From the human T2T-CHM13v2.0 reference genome, Homo sapiens: a DNA stretch of 64,000 nt. The translations under genes were made by a program, and so were the position numbers. Within the stretch, counting starts at the first letter, position 1; each line of letters begins with the position of its first letter. Location of the stretch: NCBI RefSeq assembly GCF_009914755.1, contig NC_060934.1. One strand, written 5' to 3'. The notes beneath the pieces were generated by a model that made no database searches, was not told the origin of the DNA, and saw nothing but the letters and a program-made list of their open reading frames with translations. Shown here piece by piece: positions 56,645 through 64,000 of the stretch.

Positions 56645-58828
56645 TGCATGTTTTTAATGATAATTAAATATGGCCACCTTAGATACCCCTTGGAAATACC
56701 ACCCAAGCCCATAAACTAAAGTCAAGTAAACACTTAACCATTATTATTAAGTTTGGCCTAATTCTGCCTTTAAAAAAAATGAAATTTTCCGTTTGGATGG
56801 TGACTCAGGATGAAGATGGCAATTAGCTATATTCATACATATGACATCAAACTACATATATTTTGTGATTACACAGGGTACTGGCTGGTGATATTATTAC
56901 CTTAAAACCTGCTGACCGTACTAAGACATTTATGGGTCTTGCTGTCTGGTCTAAATAAATTTAAAGTATTTTTTTTTTTACAGTTTAGTTATTCTAAAGT
57001 GCTTTATGCCTTTAGGTGCCCATTTGAAATTTGAATCTTTCTTTTGATAGATTTTTTGCATCGAAAACTTTATATTTGGTTTACTTTGACTAAGCACACT
57101 CTAATTTTGAGTGCTATGATATTTTGGCTGAGTTCAGGAACTTCTTTATCTGATAACAATAGGGTGCTTACATATGTAATATTCATTTCCTGAACTCATT
57201 TTCACCTCACTTGGATACTTTTAATTTTTCATGTTCCCTTAATATATCAGTCAAAGGTGCCATCCAAGTCAGTATCAAAAAGCGGGGACAGGAGACATCC
57301 TGCTGTGCAGATTATTTTTAAATGGGTACAGACTGTATTAAGACATTCCTACTTTCATTTATAATATTTCTCCAAAAAGAAAAGAAAATGAATATGTTAG
57401 TCATTAAACTGCCATGATCTATTTGTGCTTATTGAGGCATTGATTGAGATCTATGTTGCTTTATTTTTCTGAGCTCAATGGAGATAGCACTGACTATCAA
57501 TGGCTCATATTAACCTTTGTTATAATTTGTTTTCACTATGAAATCTTCCCAAGGCCTTCAACAACTTTACCCCAAAATTTACAAATGGTTTACCTAAAAA
57601 TTTCCTCTCTGAAATTTCCAGTGAAAACAAAACCAAACAAAAATGTCAATTAGGTAGTTTATTTCTCATATCAATGTCACTGTCCACATGCATGGAATGA
57701 CTAAATACGAAAGAAAACAGATGTCTGACTCAACGAGCCTTCTGATAAGGGATCAGATTCATAATAACTATGCACAGAGATATATAGTTTCTTGGCACCC
57801 TCTATTGTTAAGTAATCAAAGGTTGATTACATACCTTTTGAGTTTAGCAAAGATTGCCAGTAATTTTCAGTCCTGTAAGTTGAAAGTCGAAGCCAGAAAT
57901 TATGAGGGAATTTTCTGTCATTCTCTCTTTCACTGTCTTTCATTAGTCTTGAGGTAAAATGAAGATGAGGCACTGAGTTAAAGCTCAGACCATTTAGCCT
58001 TTGAAACATGAGAGTCCTCATATACTCTATGCTGGAAATTAGAATGGGATTATCACATATGGCACCACAGAGTTCTAGTACAGGAAAATTCCACGACAAA
58101 TACAGGAACGTGGAAAAGACTGAGAATTCTTTGTAAGAGTAAATATATCCTGATTAAATTTTTCCTCACAAATTGGTTTATTAGAAAATCTTTTTATACA
58201 ATTTTTGATCAAGACAAAGTTGCATTCCATCACATAGACTGTGTGTCAGGATGCCCATCCTGTGTCTCATTGGATTTCCTACTGTGTAGCTCAGTAGCAC
58301 CTGTGTGGGAAGCGTGCTACCTGCTTTCTGTGATCCCCTGCATTCCACCGACTCATCCGATGGGGAAGCTAGAGCTGCAGTTGCAGAGAGCATCACTTCA
58401 GCAAGGGTTTCATTACCTTACTGAGACATCTATCATGCCACTGGAACTAAATATTGTCATTGATTTTAAAGATGTATGCTGTGTACATGATTTTGACATA
58501 TGCCATATAATTTCTAAATCTAATAAAGAAAACCTGTTGAGAGACGAGGGGAGACATTATTTATACCTATTATTCAAATAAGAAACTAAGAGTGAGAGAA
58601 TTTACTTTTATCACTCAATAAATTAGCGGCAAAGCATGGACTCAAGCAAAATTCTTCTTCGTGTTTACTTTTCTTTGCAATAGACATTGGAAGACATAAA
58701 TATGACTTTGCTTTTTAAAGCAGACATCGAGGAATAAATGATTGGAGAGTTGTCTAATGCTGTGGAATTTTCCAGAAAGAAAGGTTACAATTCCAGATCT
58801 GAATCTGAAGAAGAGCCTGAATTTGAAA

Positions 58829-59675
<847 letters not shown>

Positions 59676-60768
59676 TCTAACTTGAAATTCTTTAATGAAT
59701 AGTTGTATTTGTTGGAGACAATGGCTTTGAGAACAGCTGATTCACTGTGCTGGGAATGTTATCATACTGGGACAGGGTATTGGTAGGGAAGGCTATCGGA
59801 CAACATGGTTTTGAAACTGTGCCAGAGACTTTTGGTTCAAATTCCATTATCTTCTTAGCAAAACAAACAAAAACACTGCATTTTATAAATGTAACCATTA
59901 GTTATGGCTTGTGTGCTAGTGTATGTATGGTGGTGGTGGTAGTGATTTCTCCATTCTTTTTGAAAGAATAATGAGGAAAATAAGAAAACACGAGATAACT
60001 ATGTTTCTGATATTTTTGTAATGAGAAGTTACTTTGGAACAAAGATTTATTCCACTGATGCGGCAACGTGAGATACTCACGAACTGAATGCATCCTGTTG
60101 TGTAAACAGGTTTTCCCATGTAACCTTCTCCCCAGAAGGCTGATTATTTGGGGCTAACACTAGGGACTCTTCGTCTCCCACACAGACGCATTTTGTTAAT
60201 TATGTTATGTGTCTGCTACGCTGGGCCTGCACAGCTTAAATATTCACATTGTAAGGGTAATAGAATGCAACCAATGTGACTGCAGGGACAGGGTTGGGTT
60301 AGAAATGGTTCATAGTATTTTGGATTTTGTTTATTGCTATGTGTTTTCCAGGCCTAGACCATAAGCTCTGATTATTTTGTTTATTCAATGGAAAGACTGT
60401 GCCAAAAAATGTCACATCTAGTCCAGTGATTCATTTTTTAACCGAGGTAGCTTAGCTATTGGGGAACACCCCCACTCACACAAAGTAAATGAATGAAAGC
60501 CATTCATTTCATTATTTCTTGAGATGAATTCTTGCTATGGGAGAAAGACAGAAGCAAACACATGTGAGGGAACTGTACGGCACAGCAGAAAATGAAGCAT
60601 TCTCAGACAGATTTGCAAGGAGAAGGAAAAGAAAAATATGGAAAGAATACAGGAAATTCTTTCTATAGACTGAAAGGGATATGCGATTTAAAAAACAGTT
60701 GTGGGAGCAAAGGTTTCAAGTTCAGTCCATGAATATATCTTATAAAACAACTAGATTTTAAGACTTTA

Positions 60769-61071
<303 letters not shown>

Positions 61072-61298
61072 TTACTATAAATATGATTCCATATTTATAT
61101 ATATAATATATATCTTTCAGGCTGATATATAGTAGATAAGAAAAATTAAATGGAAAAAAATAAAGCAAAAACTGGATTCACTAAAATCTGAGTGTAAGAT
61201 CAAATACTTAGTTACTTAGGCCCAGCTTACTTCCCTCTATCCTGAATTTTAACAACTGAATTATATCCTGTAATAATCTTCTAAACCTTTTTTTCTTT

Positions 61299-61605
61299 GT
61301 CTTTTTTTTTTTTTTTTTTTTTTGAGATAGAGTCTTGCTCTGTTTCTCAGGCTGGAGTGCAGTGGCACAATCTTGGCTCACTGCAAGCTCTGCCTTATGT
61401 GTTCACGCTATTCTCCTACCTCATCCTCCTGAGTAGCTGGGACTACAGGTGCCCGCCACCACGCCTGGCTAATTTTTTTGTATTTTTAGTAGAGACGGGG
61501 TTTCACCGTGTTAGCCAGGATGGTCTTGATCTCCTGACCTCGTGATGCACCCGCCTCGGCCTCCCAAAGTGCTGGGATTACAGGCGCGAGCCACTGCGCC
61601 CGGCC
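61299..61605 (-). mobile_element. AluY SINE
   Basis: AluY diagnostics; TSD accttttttt..ctt. Confidence 0.95.
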
Positions 61606-61750
61606 ACCTTTTTTTTCTTTCACAGTGAAATAAATGAATTATCTCTGTGTGGATATTAAAAACATATTAACAGTGTATTTGCTCTACTGCTATCATGCTA
61701 TGTTTTCCATAATAGTCTACATTTAATGGATTATTTTCTGGATATTATAA

Positions 61751-62131
<381 letters not shown>

Positions 62132-63059
62132 TTATCTCAACAGTATCATGAAATTACCATTATTATTCCTTTATTATAAAGCTGAGTCTCAGCTAGTTTA
62201 CACAGACTTCCCAGGAAAATACACACATTTATTTTCCTTTTTATATTATTCCCTCCATAGAGAAGCAACTCAAGCTAATAGATAGATGGTTTGCCATGGA
62301 AAAATTTTGCATTTGTAAATTATATCAGTATCATGATAATTTCAACTTGCCATCATTCTCTGTTAATTTTTCAAGTGACTATCTCAAGAGTTTTGAAAAA
62401 GTTATCTTTCTTACTTTATACTATCTTGATGTCTGTTGTTGGGATCTTCATTGTTCTTATTTAAATCCCTGTGGTCATAGAATTTAAAACCAAAAGAACC
62501 TTATTTTATTCCAACCTTATAAACTCAGTTTATTTTGCATAGGAAAGATGAGGTGCATAAACATTCAGGGAAGTATTCAAATGCAACTTCTAAAAAACAG
62601 AGCTAGGATGTTCATATAGTTTTCCTGACTTTCACTTCTAGAGCAAGGAAAATGGTGATTTCTTACTCTGTCTTCATATGCTTCAGCTGTTTTCTGAATC
62701 TCCATAACCATTCTTTTTCTTATTCCATGATGATCTTCTACATTCATCCCATTTGTGACTTATGGTAATAGCACAATATGAGCTTAATAAAGGCCAGAAA
62801 ATGTAGACAGATGACAACAGCAATCCCAGAAATATGCTCTGATAACAAATTATAAATCCTGCTTATTTAGACAGCATGGCTCCTGATATTTTATTTGGCC
62901 TACAATGCAGACATTTCTCTTTGTCTATATTCTAAATCAGTCATTCTCAGTTCAGTGCAATAAAAGCATAGAAGCTAAGAACCCTCCTCACAGAAATGAG
63001 TTTCCAGGAATGTCAACAGTCCAATAAAGCATGTTCAATATAAACCTTTCCATACATAC

Positions 63060-64000
63060 AATTTGTCTTCTATTTAGTTTTTTATTACATTTGAATCTAT
63101 TTTGATGTTACATTTTTTTCAAGAATGGTCTCTTTCCTCTGTTTCTCTGCTGAAATAATTTGTTAATATCAGTCTTTTCTGCTTTATTCATTAACACATT
63201 TTTCATTTTTTTAAAATTCCTGTCATAATTCCAACATCTGAGCAATCTATGAGTCTGCTTCTACTGATGATTTTTCTTCTTCAACAGGAGCTACATCTTT
63301 TTGTTTTATGAGTGTCTCCCTTTATTTTATGCTGAGCATTGTTTGTAAAGGAACAATGGAGACTGAAGTAAATACTATTTACAGTCAGTAAAGGGCTAGT
63401 CTCTTTTTTGATCAACTAGCTGGTGTCAGTGAGTTGAAGCAATCCAACTTATCTTTGAACTGGGCCTAGGATCTGTTACAGTTTTATTTATATTTTATTC
63501 ACTGATCACGTATAGTGTTTTTAGGTATATCTTGAGTAGGGAATGTGGTGTTAGCACCTACAAGTTTCCAGTGATTACTTTATGCTTTCCAGCCCATTAA
63601 TTGCCATTCCAAGCCATGGGAAGTCTATGTTTTATCACTGATTTGGTATTTTGGGGCCTCCGTGATTTCAGTTTTCTCTTCAGTCCTGCCCTAGTTTCCA
63701 TTCCCTGCAGACCTCTCTAAAACCTGCTGTCTTGCCCCCAGCTCCCAGAGGACCTCCACAGTGCATATGTCAAGGCCCAGAGTACCTTTGGAGGGATTCC
63801 TTCTAGCTGTGCTCTCCTCCCACCCTTCTGTGGGCCACTGCCTTACAACTGAGGAAGACCCCACATGTCGCAAGATCACTCTCAGTTTCCCTGCCTTGCC
63901 CGTGGCATGTATCAGGCAACATCCTTGTACTCAGTGAAGGCTCACAAGGGAGTTCTGGCAGGGGGCTGTTAACTTGGTCTGCAGGTGGAGCTCTTCAGGC
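63060..64000 (-). mobile_element. Old L1M 5' region (ORF1 start/5'UTR), runs off the window
   Basis: ttaaaattcctgtcataattccaacatctgagcaatctatgagtctgcttctactgatg is typical of an antisense L1M ORF1 5' part. Confidence 0.6.

Overview
Primate genomic DNA, almost certainly hominoid/human-like because it carries many AluY and L1PA elements. The window is AT-rich and intergenic or deep intronic. I find no credible protein-coding exon, RNA gene, CpG-island promoter or prokaryotic-type system. The supplied ORFs are short and either come from Alu/L1/LTR/low-complexity sequence or look like chance ORFs. It contains about 35 Alu elements (about 13 with AluY diagnostics), several L1 remnants (including a ~4.7 kb old L1M ORF1/ORF2 body), MaLR/ERVL solo LTRs, MIR, L2, a CR1/L3 relic and hAT/mariner MITEs. 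The most unusual structure not explained by a repeat family I recognise is at ~7550-10030. Two segments (X and Y) each occur three times there, in direct and inverted orientation, at ~75-88% identity by manual alignment. One inverted copy could pair with either of two partners. Other notable items: a tandem array of a palindrome that grows out of an Alu target-site duplication (30170-30262), three Alus inserted serially at one target site (37657-38679), a 34-bp mini-MADE1, a trimeric Alu, a 46-bp young L1 tail, and tightly spaced inverted Alus (60769-62109). Subfamily calls come from remembered diagnostic positions, not RepeatMasker. Boundaries of old repeats are approximate. I could not identify the locus.
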